Assembly (NCBI GenBank): GCA_947625185.1
Contig: CANQNJ010000004.1
Span: 1-61,458 of the forward strand
DNA from: an uncultured Clostridia bacterium
Lineage (GTDB): Bacteria; Bacillota; Clostridia; Christensenellales; CAG-314
DNA length: 61,458 nt
Reading direction: 5' to 3'
Shown here: piece by piece, positions 48,549-61,458 of the stretch
Layout of the letters: the number at the start of each line of letters is the position of its first letter
How positions within the stretch are numbered: position 1 is the stretch's first letter
Notes under the pieces: model-generated
Database searches by the model: none
Seen by the model: only the letters and a program-made list of their open reading frames with translations
Told to the model about the DNA's origin: nothing
Made by a program: the position numbers and the translations under genes

Positions 48549-49252
48549 TACAACAGGAAATGCTTAGTTATCAGCAATTGGACGGCGAGCTCAATCGTAT
48601 CGAGCGCGACCTCAAAAAAAACGACAACTTTATCAAACGCAGACAGTACAAGGCGGCAAGTCAGGAGTGCGAGGAGAATATCTCCAAGTTGGACGCGCGC
48701 GCGCTGGATCTGCGCAATCAGCTTGCGCAAGCGCAGCAGACGTTGCAGGACATCACCGCCGTAATAGACGAACACTCCGGCGAGATAGGTTCGTTGGAAG
48801 ACGAGGACGAACTCAACTATATGAACAAGAAGCTCAACGAGCAGCTTGCCGAACTCAACAACGTTGACAAGGAGATCAAGCGTATCATTCGCGAGGGAGA
48901 GGAACTGTCCAAAGCGTTTGACGAGGCAAGCGCCAAGTTGCCGAGACTTATTGCCGGCTATCGCAAGTGCGACGAAGAGTTCAATAAGGTCGCCGCCGAG
49001 GTCAAGCCCCGCGTCAACGAGATCCGCGCGCGTCAAACGGAATTGAAAAAAGTTATCGACGAGAATATCTTCAACGTTTATAAGAAAGTGGCGGACGGCG
49101 GTCTGTATCCCGTGTTTGTGCCGCTCGAAGGCGGTACTCGTTGCGGCGGTTGCCGTATGGAAATGCCCAAGGCTGTCGTGGACGCGCAGTTCGCCAGCAA
49201 GAGCTATATGAAGTGCGAACACTGCGGCAGGATCATATTCAAGCCGGAGTGA
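48545..49252 (+). CDS. Coiled-coil protein with C4 zinc ribbon (DUF164/CT398-like)
   Basis: Long coiled coil + CGGC...CEHCGRI. Confidence 0.82.
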   Translation: MIQQEMLSYQQLDGELNRIERDLKKNDNFIKRRQYKAASQECEENISKLDARALDLRNQLAQAQQTLQDITAVIDEHSGEIGSLEDEDELNYMNKKLNEQLAELNNVDKEIKRIIREGEELSKAFDEASAKLPRLIAGYRKCDEEFNKVAAEVKPRVNEIRARQTELKKVIDENIFNVYKKVADGGLYPVFVPLEGGTRCGGCRMEMPKAVVDAQFASKSYMKCEHCGRIIFKPE

Positions 49253-49299
49253 TAAGGATAAATATTCAAAGGGTTGTTGACAAAGCAACCCTTTTTTAT

Positions 49300-49699
49300 G
49301 GTTTATGTGAGAAATAATGGGATTTAGAAGTAAATAAAATACAGAAGCCGACTTCCATATCAAAGCGGAATTTGAGCGCGCGGAGATGTGCGTGTCGCGC
49401 ATAGTAGCGAACAAAGCGAAAATTCCGCCTGCAAGCGGCGACCTGCGCGGCGCTTGCAGCCCTTGCGGGGGATGGCGGGGCAGGCTGCTCCCCGCCGAAA
49501 GTATAAATAATGCAAGCCGAGGTGTCCCCGGCTTCCTCAGTAGTCCGACCACGTCTGCGCTTGCGCCCCGTTAGGGGTCGGTTGCGCAGTCAACCGTACA
49601 GACTTGCGTTTGGTCGGCGGCTCTGATGGCATAATGTTGGGGTAAAGCAGGTTTGTTTTTATTTATGTTTTCTTTCACCCCAACATTTGCCATAGAGCC
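49300..49699 (-). repeat. Repeat family A, copy 3
   Basis: Reverse complement of the 21852 copy, including the GGCTCT..AGAGCC module (49619-49699). Confidence 0.85.
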
Positions 49700-49910
49700 T
49701 TTGCGGCATTTTTATTCCGGAGGGCTATTGAATGTCCTTATATTGTCGGACAGTCATTCGTCTCCGCTTTTGGAAAGTTTACGTCTTGCCGACGAACAAA
49801 TCCGTATCGCAGTTGGAACTTTGGAAAATCTAACTGCGATTCTTGACTTTGATTTTTCATATTTGGTATAATATTTGCATACTCACATCGTTGTATAAAG
49901 GGAATTTAAC

Positions 49911-51218
49911 ATGGCAAAAGAAAAAACGCACAATCGCAAAAGGCGCATAATAGTTTGGAGCATATTAGGCGGTATACTTGCCGCATTGCTTGTCGCTGCC
50001 CTTGTATTGGGCATACGCGCGGCGGTGCATATGCGGGAACCCAACGAACCGTGGGGAAGTTACAGCTTTGACGGTGGCGCAGCACAGTTCCAATTGGATA
50101 TGTTTCCGTACCTCATTGTCGACAAGAACGCCGACGAACTGAAAATAATGCAGATCGCCGATCCGCAGATAAAATTCGGCTCCTTTACGCGCGATCGCAA
50201 GACTATGGATCTGTTGGATCGCGCCATACGGGCGGAGCAACCGGATATCTGCGTTGTCACGGGAGACCTCACTCTGTCGGTATTTACATACGACGCGTTC
50301 AGATATTTTTGCGAGTTTATGGAGAAGCGTCGTCAACCCTGGACGTTTGTATTCGGCAATCACGACAGCCAATTCGATTGCAGTAAGCATACTATCGTCG
50401 AAATGTTGCAAGAATACGAGTATTGTCTGTTCGACTCCGGTCCCGACGACATTCACGGGCACAGCAATTTTCTCGTCAACATATTCAAAGGCAGCAAATC
50501 GGCGGAAAATCTCATTTACAGTCTGGTATGTCTGGACAGCGGTATGTATCCCGATGCCGAGAACGTGCCTCTCACCGATTGGGTGTACGATTGGATAAGG
50601 CAGGATCAGATGGATTGGTACGATTGGGCGGTAAAGGGCTTGAAACAATGCAATCCCGACGTGCAGAGCAGTATGTTCTTTCACATTCCCGTCAAGCAGT
50701 TTGCCGATATGTACTATCTCAACGAATTGGCGCAGGGCAGAGCCGTATCCGACGCGGTAAAGGCGCAGTTGCCCGATGTGACCGTCAGCGACGTCAAGGG
50801 AGTGGTGCGCGAGAGCGACAAAAAGGACAGCGAGTATGTGTGGGGCGACGACGGATACACGGTGGGGATATTTTATCAAGGCAATGCCGAGGGCGTCACG
50901 GATCACCCCGATGTGTTCGACTACATCAAGCAAAGCGATTGCACCAAGGCGCTGTTCTGCGGACACGACCACGTCAATAATCTCAAAGGATACTTTGACG
51001 GCATATATCTCGGGTACGGTTTGTGTTGCGGTTACCATACTTATCCGTTTTTCAACAATCCCAAGATACTGACGGGCAAGGTGTTGTACAACGCCAAGCT
51101 GTGGACGGATGAAGAGGGCAATCAAATGGAGAAGGGCGTCACTGTTATCGAGGTGTCGTTGGTATCCGATTACGGCGCGCTTACCGTTAACGATCGCCCA
51201 AACAGTTACTACAAGTGA
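49911..51218 (+). CDS. Membrane-anchored metallophosphoesterase (calcineurin-like)
   Basis: N-terminal TM; IADPQ, TGD, FGNHD, FHIP, GHDH. Confidence 0.88.
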   Translation: MAKEKTHNRKRRIIVWSILGGILAALLVAALVLGIRAAVHMREPNEPWGSYSFDGGAAQFQLDMFPYLIVDKNADELKIMQIADPQIKFGSFTRDRKTMDLLDRAIRAEQPDICVVTGDLTLSVFTYDAFRYFCEFMEKRRQPWTFVFGNHDSQFDCSKHTIVEMLQEYEYCLFDSGPDDIHGHSNFLVNIFKGSKSAENLIYSLVCLDSGMYPDAENVPLTDWVYDWIRQDQMDWYDWAVKGLKQCNPDVQSSMFFHIPVKQFADMYYLNELAQGRAVSDAVKAQLPDVTVSDVKGVVRESDKKDSEYVWGDDGYTVGIFYQGNAEGVTDHPDVFDYIKQSDCTKALFCGHDHVNNLKGYFDGIYLGYGLCCGYHTYPFFNNPKILTGKVLYNAKLWTDEEGNQMEKGVTVIEVSLVSDYGALTVNDRPNSYYK

Positions 51219-51495
51219 CGTCTAGCGGGCGCGACGTTGATCTGCGGCAAAAGTCTTGCGTATCGCTTTTGCAGCAAGTCGTCGCACGACGAGTGATCTT
51301 ACTTGCCGACCGATCGGCGCAGATAACAAGAAACGGACATAAAACACAGTCATTCAACCGACGGTTGAGCGTATTCTCTCCGTTTGGTTGAGCAAATGCC
51401 GACAAATTCGACAAACAGTCGCTGTCCTTTCGCCGTCAGAAAGCGTATAATTCAGTCGTACGGTAAAGTACGACTTGATTTTTAAGGAGGATATT

Positions 51496-51984
51496 ATGAA
51501 CGAAACTTTCGGTCAGCGCTTGCAACGTCTGCGTAAGCAGGCAAATCTTACGCAGGAAGAAGTTGCAGCAAAGCTCAATATTACTTTTCAGGCGGTATCC
51601 AAGTGGGAAAACGACGTTTCCGCACCGGATATATCCGTATTGAACGAGCTGTCGGATATTCTCGGCGTAACGTTGGACGAGCTGTTGGGCAAGCAACCCG
51701 TCACGCAGTTCGTTCCGGAACAAAACCGCAAGGACGTCAACAAAATGTTTTTGCATATCAAGGTACTCAGCTCCGACGGCGACAAGGTCAACATCAATTT
51801 GCCTCTGGCGGTGGTCAAGGTGTTTCTGGATAGCGGCATGGAGATCCCCGTTTCCGCAGGCAAGGTATCTTTGGAAAATATAGATTTCAGACAGGTTTAC
51901 GATATTGTTGCAAGCGGCGTGGTGGGCAAAATAGTGGAAGTGGAAAGCGCCGACGGCGACCGCGTGGAGATTTGGGTGGACTGA
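51496..51984 (+). CDS. XRE-family HTH regulator with C-terminal extension
   Basis: LRKQANLTQEEVA..QAVSKWE; AAGGAGG RBS. Confidence 0.88.
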   Translation: MNETFGQRLQRLRKQANLTQEEVAAKLNITFQAVSKWENDVSAPDISVLNELSDILGVTLDELLGKQPVTQFVPEQNRKDVNKMFLHIKVLSSDGDKVNINLPLAVVKVFLDSGMEIPVSAGKVSLENIDFRQVYDIVASGVVGKIVEVESADGDRVEIWVD

Positions 51985-52337
51985 TGCGTATCCGAGTAGG
52001 CAAAAAAAGACTATTCCTTTGCCTGTGGCTACCGCTGTCGTTTTTGAAGAGTAAATTCGCCCTGTGGCTGATTCGCCAAGCCGTTGACGATGAAGCGCCC
52101 GCGGGCACAAGAGTTCCTACTGCTTCCATTGCAGACGGTGAAACCGCGGGATCGTCCGACGTAGCCGTCTACTGTCGGGATGATGCAGGCAGATTAGAAG
52201 CTGACGTCGGATTTCCTACGCGGGAGCAGCTTACAGCCCTGTATCGGGCTCTGCGCAGCACGGTAAAAATTTGCGGTCACTTCGACCTCGTGCGGGTATG
52301 CTCTTCCGACGGAATCGTCGTTCGCATCAGGATATGA
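51984..52337 (+). CDS. Hypothetical protein
   Basis: TGATG overlap with upstream gene; ends V..SDG..VRI like the partner's C-terminus. Confidence 0.55.
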   Translation: MRIRVGKKRLFLCLWLPLSFLKSKFALWLIRQAVDDEAPAGTRVPTASIADGETAGSSDVAVYCRDDAGRLEADVGFPTREQLTALYRALRSTVKICGHFDLVRVCSSDGIVVRIRI

Positions 52338-52587
52338 TCTGCGCAATATTTGACGCCTCTCGCATTGTGCGAGAGGCGCTTTTGTATATATGGGGTAAAA
52401 AAACTCTGCTTTTATGCAAAAAGTTCCTACCCTTTCGGGGGGATTTTTTGCGGAAAACTCTTTGTTTGTGTTATTGCTTTTTCACGGAACCCGTGCTATA
52501 CTTTTCTTGAAATGCAGATACGGACGCCGCGGAAGATACCGTCCGCAAAAAAGCGGTGTAGTATACTGTGTCAGAAGAGGAAAACTT

Positions 52588-54666
52588 ATGGAAAAGAAGA
52601 AAATCGTAATAATCGTTGCGATTGCGCTTGCCGCAGTCATTGTTCTCGCGCTTGCGTGCAGCATTCCCTTCCTGCTCCCCCGCGGGACGGAAGAGGTCTC
52701 ATATGAATTCGAAGCCCCGACGCTTCAAGACGAGACTTTATATCCCAAGTCCCACGACGGAAAGAACTACTATGTGTCAGCCGACGGAAAGGACATTGAC
52801 CACGCCGACGGCTCTATTGAAAATCCCTACAACATTGACGCTATACGTTGGTTTACGCGAGACAAAACAGAGGGCGACGAACTCAAATTCAAGGCAGGCG
52901 ACCAAATTCTGTTAAAGCGCGGGGACGTCTTTCAAGACAACCTCGAAATTCGTTATTGTCACGGCGAACCCGACAATCCCATCACCATCGCAACCTACGG
53001 CGACGCGGAGGAAAGACCTCGCATCGTTATCGAACAGGACGTACACCACATGAGCGATTCCATAGGTATAGTGAGCGCCGTAATGCTCGTCCGCTGCTCG
53101 AATATCGTCGTCCGCGACATCGAGGTTGAACTCAAATGGCATTCGAGAAAGACGACGAAGGACGGCGGCGTGGGCATCGTCGCCGAATACGACCATGCAA
53201 GGGGAAATCATTATCAAAATCTCTATATCGTGAACAACGTCGTCCACTCCGAGTGCTATGAAGAACCCGAAAGGCCCTTCTTCGCCAACACGGCTGGCAT
53301 CAAGGTGAACGGCTTCGAGGACTTTTACGACGACACGCCCGACGACGGATATGTGATGACGGGCGTATGGTGTACGAACAACCTTGTCTACAACATCGGA
53401 AGAACGGGGATCAGCGCTGGCGGCTGGATACTGAACGACGGCATGATGCAGATGAAGTTTACCACCTTCTACGACGTGCATCTCGACAACAACGTCTGTT
53501 ACAACATGGGCTGTTGCGGCATCAGCGCGGGCGCGGCTACCAACTGCACGATGAACCGCAACCTCATCCACGATGCAGGCGTCTATGTGTGCGGCGATTA
53601 CGACGGGGATGACCCGCCGCAGGAGGGCGAGGGCGGCATGATGTCCATCTGTTTGCGGGACAGCGAGATTGCTTATAATGAGGTGTATGATATCTACCGT
53701 CAGGGCACGCCTTACGACGCTATGGGTATCGATATCGATTGGAACTGCACAAACATCACCGTCAGATACAACCACACTTACAACTGCGAGGGCAGCGGCA
53801 TCGCCACAATGGCAAACGCTAACGGCAAGATCCTCAACAACCGCGTGGAGGACAATCTCGCCTATACCAACCAATACGGACAGATCGCGGTGTGCGACTA
53901 TGTGCCGTGGGGACCGCAAAACGTTTTGTCGCGCGATTATATCCGCAAAAATTCGCCCGACTTGCTTGCGCTCACCAATCTCGAAGTCGCCGAAAATCTC
54001 ATCAAAGCCGCCCCTGAAAACGGCAAAAACGTCCTCGGCGAAGATGTAAAAAAGAGCATGTTCCTTGCAAAAAAGGCAAACGGCGAGGAAGAATGGAAGG
54101 GAAACAACTTTCACGACAATCGCATCGTCTACACGGGCGACGGCGACAATTTCTACTTCAACCGTGTGATCGACGAAACGTCTGACACCAAGAACAAGGC
54201 GCATTGGTACCGTTTTGCGGACAACAGGTACTTTGCCCCATCCCTTTCCGCCTTTCCTTGCGTGGATACGACTCCTGACAACAAGATCAACCTCCAAGAA
54301 GGCGCGCTCCCTTATGTCTCGGAGGGTAGGACATTCGCAAGTTGGCAGCTCCGCGACACGGGTTCCACCTTTGAACGGTACGACCCCGACGCGACGCCGT
54401 CCTCTCCCACGCAACAGAGTGTGTCTTTCCGCGACGGTAGGTTGGAACTCTCATGGAAGGCGTCGAAAGGCGACGTATGGCATTATAATATCTATAAGAT
54501 CGCCGAAGGCGGCAAGGCTGATTATCGCAATCTTCTCGCACAGACAAATACAGCGTATTATACATATATCCCCCAAGCAAAAGGCACGTTTTACATAGTC
54601 ATTCAACCCGAAAGCAACACGGGGATAGTGGGCAAAGCCGTTACAATCAAGATAACGCTCAAATAA
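52588..54666 (+). CDS. Secreted/anchored right-handed beta-helix protein with C-terminal FN3-like domain
   Basis: N-terminal TM, YYVSADG, GDQILLKRGD, PITIATYG, Asn-rich parallel beta-helix repeats, LELSWKAS..YNIY. Confidence 0.8.
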   Translation: MEKKKIVIIVAIALAAVIVLALACSIPFLLPRGTEEVSYEFEAPTLQDETLYPKSHDGKNYYVSADGKDIDHADGSIENPYNIDAIRWFTRDKTEGDELKFKAGDQILLKRGDVFQDNLEIRYCHGEPDNPITIATYGDAEERPRIVIEQDVHHMSDSIGIVSAVMLVRCSNIVVRDIEVELKWHSRKTTKDGGVGIVAEYDHARGNHYQNLYIVNNVVHSECYEEPERPFFANTAGIKVNGFEDFYDDTPDDGYVMTGVWCTNNLVYNIGRTGISAGGWILNDGMMQMKFTTFYDVHLDNNVCYNMGCCGISAGAATNCTMNRNLIHDAGVYVCGDYDGDDPPQEGEGGMMSICLRDSEIAYNEVYDIYRQGTPYDAMGIDIDWNCTNITVRYNHTYNCEGSGIATMANANGKILNNRVEDNLAYTNQYGQIAVCDYVPWGPQNVLSRDYIRKNSPDLLALTNLEVAENLIKAAPENGKNVLGEDVKKSMFLAKKANGEEEWKGNNFHDNRIVYTGDGDNFYFNRVIDETSDTKNKAHWYRFADNRYFAPSLSAFPCVDTTPDNKINLQEGALPYVSEGRTFASWQLRDTGSTFERYDPDATPSSPTQQSVSFRDGRLELSWKASKGDVWHYNIYKIAEGGKADYRNLLAQTNTAYYTYIPQAKGTFYIVIQPESNTGIVGKAVTIKITLK

Positions 54667-54689
54667 CGGAAAAATATTGCACAGCCCCT

Positions 54690-54891
54690 CGTCCCCGTCA
54701 ATTGCGCTCCGCTCAATTGACGGGGACGGTCTTATAGGCATATATAACTATTGCGAAATAAGCATTGCTAAGAAACAAGTTATTGTAACTAATGCTCGAC
54801 CGCAACTTGCCGCACAGCGGCAAACTTCACTTCGGCGTTAGCCGAAACTTCACTGCGCAGCAACTTCACTTGCACGTAGTGCAAACTTCAC
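54690..54891 (-). repeat. Composite repeat with 4-unit GTGAAGT-hairpin array
   Basis: 54807-54891 is the exact reverse complement of 34063-34147. Confidence 0.9.
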
Positions 54892-55121
54892 CTTTCTCCG
54901 CAAGCGGTCCCCCTTTCCTGTAATACATCGTATAACGAGGAAGGTTATTATTACAGTAACAAACTTTGTCTCTGCGAACAGTAGTGGGGGTCGTGAGATC
55001 TTATGGCAAAATAGGGAGAGATGCAGCACAACAGCAATAATGCCCGCAACGAAGAACGCCGCACAAAGTGGTTTTTACCAAACCGTGCGGCGTAAATATA
55101 ATAGTATTAAATTATTCTAGA

Positions 55122-55222
55122 CTTTATAACACCCGGAGCGAGGGTATTCGGTGCAAAATAATCTGCAACGAGGGCACTCCGTGCCCGAAGCGAAGCCTTT
55201 TTGCACCGAATACCCGAGCGAC
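55122..55222 (+). repeat. Repeat family C copy
   Basis: Core AAAATAATCTGCAACGAG..CGAAGCGAAGCCTTTT shared with 33.8 and 34.55 kb copies. Confidence 0.8.
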
Positions 55223-55225
55223 ATT

Positions 55226-58829
<3,604 letters not shown>

Positions 58830-58871
58830 GGATTAAATAAATACAAAATTAAGGATAATCTATATAATAAT

Positions 58872-59140
58872 GTGAAGTTGTGCCGATGGCACAGTGAAGT
58901 TCACCTCGCGGTGAGTGAAGTTGTGCTTACGCACAGTGAAGTTTGCGACTGTGTCGCAAGTTGCGGTCGGACATTAGTTGATACGGCTTGTTTCTTAGCA
59001 ATGTTTATTTCGGGGGTAGCTTGATATATATGCATAAACAATGTTTGTCACTATACAAGTCCCCGTCACGGGCAAGTCGTTACGGGAAAAGCGACGCCCG
59101 CGGGGCGACGACAGAGGGATACGCAAAACAAGTTTGTTTA
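58872..59140 (+). repeat. Composite repeat with 4-unit GTGAAGT-hairpin array (different hairpins)
   Basis: Same linkers and tail (GTTGCGG..CATTAGTT) as the 34063 copy. Confidence 0.85.
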
Positions 59141-59153
59141 TTGCAACTCTTTT

Positions 59154-60554
59154 TCACTCGGCGGCTGTTTTCTCACGCGCAAGTAAATTTATTTTTTTGA
59201 TGGCGCAGCAGTACAGCAGCACAGATGAGACAATCGCCGTCAATGCCTCCGCTATGGGAAACGCCCACCAGAAGTTGTATGTCGGGTTATTCGCATACGA
59301 AAACAGCCAAACCGTAGGAAATACAAAAACTGCAAGTCGCAGCGCGGATATAAGCAGAGGGTACAATGCGTAACCGAGAGCCTGCAATACGCCCTGTATG
59401 GCGATGCTCGCCCCCATAAACAGATATCCGATTGCGGCAATGCGTATCGCAACGGTAACTACGCGTGTGATTTCGCCGTTGTTCGTTCCGCTTGCCAATC
59501 CGAACAGGTTTGCAAGGGGATTTGCCAATGCTTCGAACAGCGCCGTTATCGCCGCGCACGTTATCAACGTATACACGATCCCCCATTTGACGCATTGCAT
59601 CGAGCGGAGTCTGTCCTTCATTCCGTAGTTGTAGGATAGCGCGGATATAATGGTATTGGACAATCCGAAGCAGGCAAACATCGCAAATTGCAGTATCTTG
59701 TAGTACACGCCGAAACTGCCTTGGGCGAGATCGGTATCCTGCGGAAATTTTCCGAGGATAAGATTGACTCCCAACATCATTACGGACAGCAGTCCCTGCA
59801 TCAGCGCGGCGGACAGTCCTATGCGGTATATCTGCCCGATTATTTTGCCGCTCGGGATGATATTTTTGACCCCATTGTGCAATTCCTTGTTTGTGGCGTA
59901 ATGAAATGCCATCGCCGCTATCAGCGACACAGTCTGCCCGATGACCGTTGCCCATGCGGCTCCCGCTATGCCCCAACCGAGGGGATAGATGAATACCCAA
60001 TCCAATACGATGTTGGCAACGGCTCCCGATATTTGCGCAACGGTGGAGTACAGTGTTTTGCCTGTGCTTTGCAGAAAGCGTTCGTATATGGTGAAACCTA
60101 TCGCGCCGAAACTGCATGTGCAGCAGATGGTAAGATACTGCGTACCCATTTCCGCGACTTTCTCGTTGCCTCGCGCCTGCATTTCGATAAACGCGCGCGA
60201 ACCGAACAGCCCGAAAAGGAGAAATACCGCATATATGCATATGCCGAGGAATATGCCGTTGCCCACCGTTTTATCCGCCTTTGCGAAGTTCTTTTCGCCA
60301 AGCGACTTGGACAGAAGCGTATTCAATCCGACGCCGGTGCCGACGCCTATCGCTATGATGAACAATTGTACGGGAAACGCGTACGTCAACGCCAGATTGC
60401 CGAGTACGCCGTCCTCGCCCATATTTATCACGAATGCGGTATCCACAATGTTGTATACCGCCTGCAATACCATAGATACTATCATTGGCAGACCCATTTG
60501 CGCGATGAGTTTTCTTATGGGCAGATAGGACATTTTGTTTTGATTTTCTTGCAT
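59154..60554 (-). CDS. MATE family efflux transporter
   Basis: PMIVSMVLQAVYNIVD, NIVLD, GIAGAAWATVIGQ; about 12 TM; GGAGG RBS. Confidence 0.93.
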   Translation of the reverse strand: MQENQNKMSYLPIRKLIAQMGLPMIVSMVLQAVYNIVDTAFVINMGEDGVLGNLALTYAFPVQLFIIAIGVGTGVGLNTLLSKSLGEKNFAKADKTVGNGIFLGICIYAVFLLFGLFGSRAFIEMQARGNEKVAEMGTQYLTICCTCSFGAIGFTIYERFLQSTGKTLYSTVAQISGAVANIVLDWVFIYPLGWGIAGAAWATVIGQTVSLIAAMAFHYATNKELHNGVKNIIPSGKIIGQIYRIGLSAALMQGLLSVMMLGVNLILGKFPQDTDLAQGSFGVYYKILQFAMFACFGLSNTIISALSYNYGMKDRLRSMQCVKWGIVYTLITCAAITALFEALANPLANLFGLASGTNNGEITRVVTVAIRIAAIGYLFMGASIAIQGVLQALGYALYPLLISALRLAVFVFPTVWLFSYANNPTYNFWWAFPIAEALTAIVSSVLLYCCAIKKINLLAREKTAAE

Positions 60555-60571
60555 TTTTTCCTCCGAGCGAC

Positions 60572-60661
60572 AAAAAAACAGGCGCAGATCCACAATTGGA
60601 TTTACGCCTGTTTCGCTACACATTGTATTGTTATTATACGCTTTTTTCCTCCGAAAGTCAA
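60572..60661 (-). promoter_or_regulatory. MATE promoter and leader terminator/attenuator
   Basis: TTGACT-17-TATAAT (60661-60633), then a long hairpin ending in U7 just before the RBS. Confidence 0.6.
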
Positions 60662-60865
60662 CCGAAATTCGAGTTTTGCATACGTCTCCGTCGCCAAATG
60701 CTTATATGAAGTCGATCTTCTTGTGCGCTCGCGGTGACGCCGCGGCAAAGACGTATTCATATGACGAACGCGTCTTTACTGTTGTGATGAAGTCCGACCA
60801 AAACGGAGCTTTATGCCCCGTCAGGTGTCGGTTGCGCAGTCTCGCCAATACGGAGTCAAAATAAA

Positions 60866-61390
60866 GGTTTTTATGAAAAATGTCGGGTATAGAAGTGAAT
60901 GAAATACAGAAACAGACTTCCATACCAAAGCGGAATTTGAGCAAGCGGAGATGCGCGTGTCGCGCATAGTAGCGAACAAAGCGAAAATTCCGTTGCAAGC
61001 GGCGACCTGCGCGGTGCTTGCAGCCCTTGCGGGGGATGGCGGGCGTGGCGCGTTAAACCAATCACCACAGTGTGGTGTTGGTAGCTGCCACGAGAGGGCG
61101 CACAAGTATATATATGTACCCGTGCGCCCGTGTACCTTAGAATTTGCGACTCCCCGCCGAAAGTATAAATAATGTAAGCCGAGGTGTCCTCGGCTACAAG
61201 GGTACCCGCACAAGTTGAAGGATGAAACTTGTGCGGGAGAGGAACAACCGAGTGACGTTGGCACCGCTTGTGCTTGCACAAGCGGTAACGTCAAGCGAGA
61301 GTTGTGACGAAGTCCGACCAAGTCTGCGCTTGCGCCCCGAAGGGGTCGGTTGCGCAGTCAACCGTACAGACGTGCGTTTGGTCGGTGACT
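60866..61390 (-). repeat. Repeat family A, copy 4, with two ~100-bp hairpin insertions
   Basis: Colinear with the 49300 copy apart from insertions at about 61044-61145 and 61196-61310. Confidence 0.85.
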
Positions 61391-61458
61391 CCAATGGGAC
61401 TCGTCTCCGCCTATGCGGAGTGAGCGGAACGCAGTGGAGCGCTACGTCATTTCGCACT

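Noticed and set aside
55160-55200. Hammerhead ribozyme (CTG..GA-stem-GAA)
   Set aside because: Core reads CUGCAACGA rather than CUGANGA, GAAG rather than GAAA, and there is no stem III

Overview
Chromosomal window from a Clostridia-type (Bacillota) bacterium. The taxonomy is inferred from the CIRCE/hrcA-dnaK operon, sigA operon, spoIVF-like genes, Na+-type V-ATPase and PFOR. Most of it is housekeeping: the 3' part of RNase P RNA, ecfA1-ecfA2-ecfT-truA, an M29 aminopeptidase, a cyclophilin, a nucleoside kinase, hrcA-grpE-dnaK-dnaJ-(padR)-prmA-mtaB-hit-rpsU, recX, minD-minE-like-spoIVFA/B-like, nadD/yqeK-rsfS, sua5-rpiB, a 9-gene V-type ATPase operon, dnaG-sigA-trmK-DUF164, PFOR and a MATE pump. 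Five accessory signals stand out. (1) An orphan type IV pilin lies behind a perfect sigma-A promoter that points away from it and is flanked by two inverted lox/FRT-like sites, i.e. a candidate invertible promoter in the OFF state with no local recombinase. (2) An AT-rich restriction-modification island has a methyltransferase broken at a G8 tract (G9 restores the frame), an internal RBS before the NPPY-TRD half, and a GIY-YIG/helicase partner carrying only the SAM-binding half of an MTase. (3) Several families of dispersed, covarying hairpin repeats occur, including arrays of a constant GTGAAGT linker with variable hairpins. (4) A tandem pair of candidate structured RNAs lies at 15.3-15.7 kb. 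(5) Several genes look leaderless. No CRISPR array, tRNA, rRNA or intact transposase was found. All calls are from manual reading; no searches were run.
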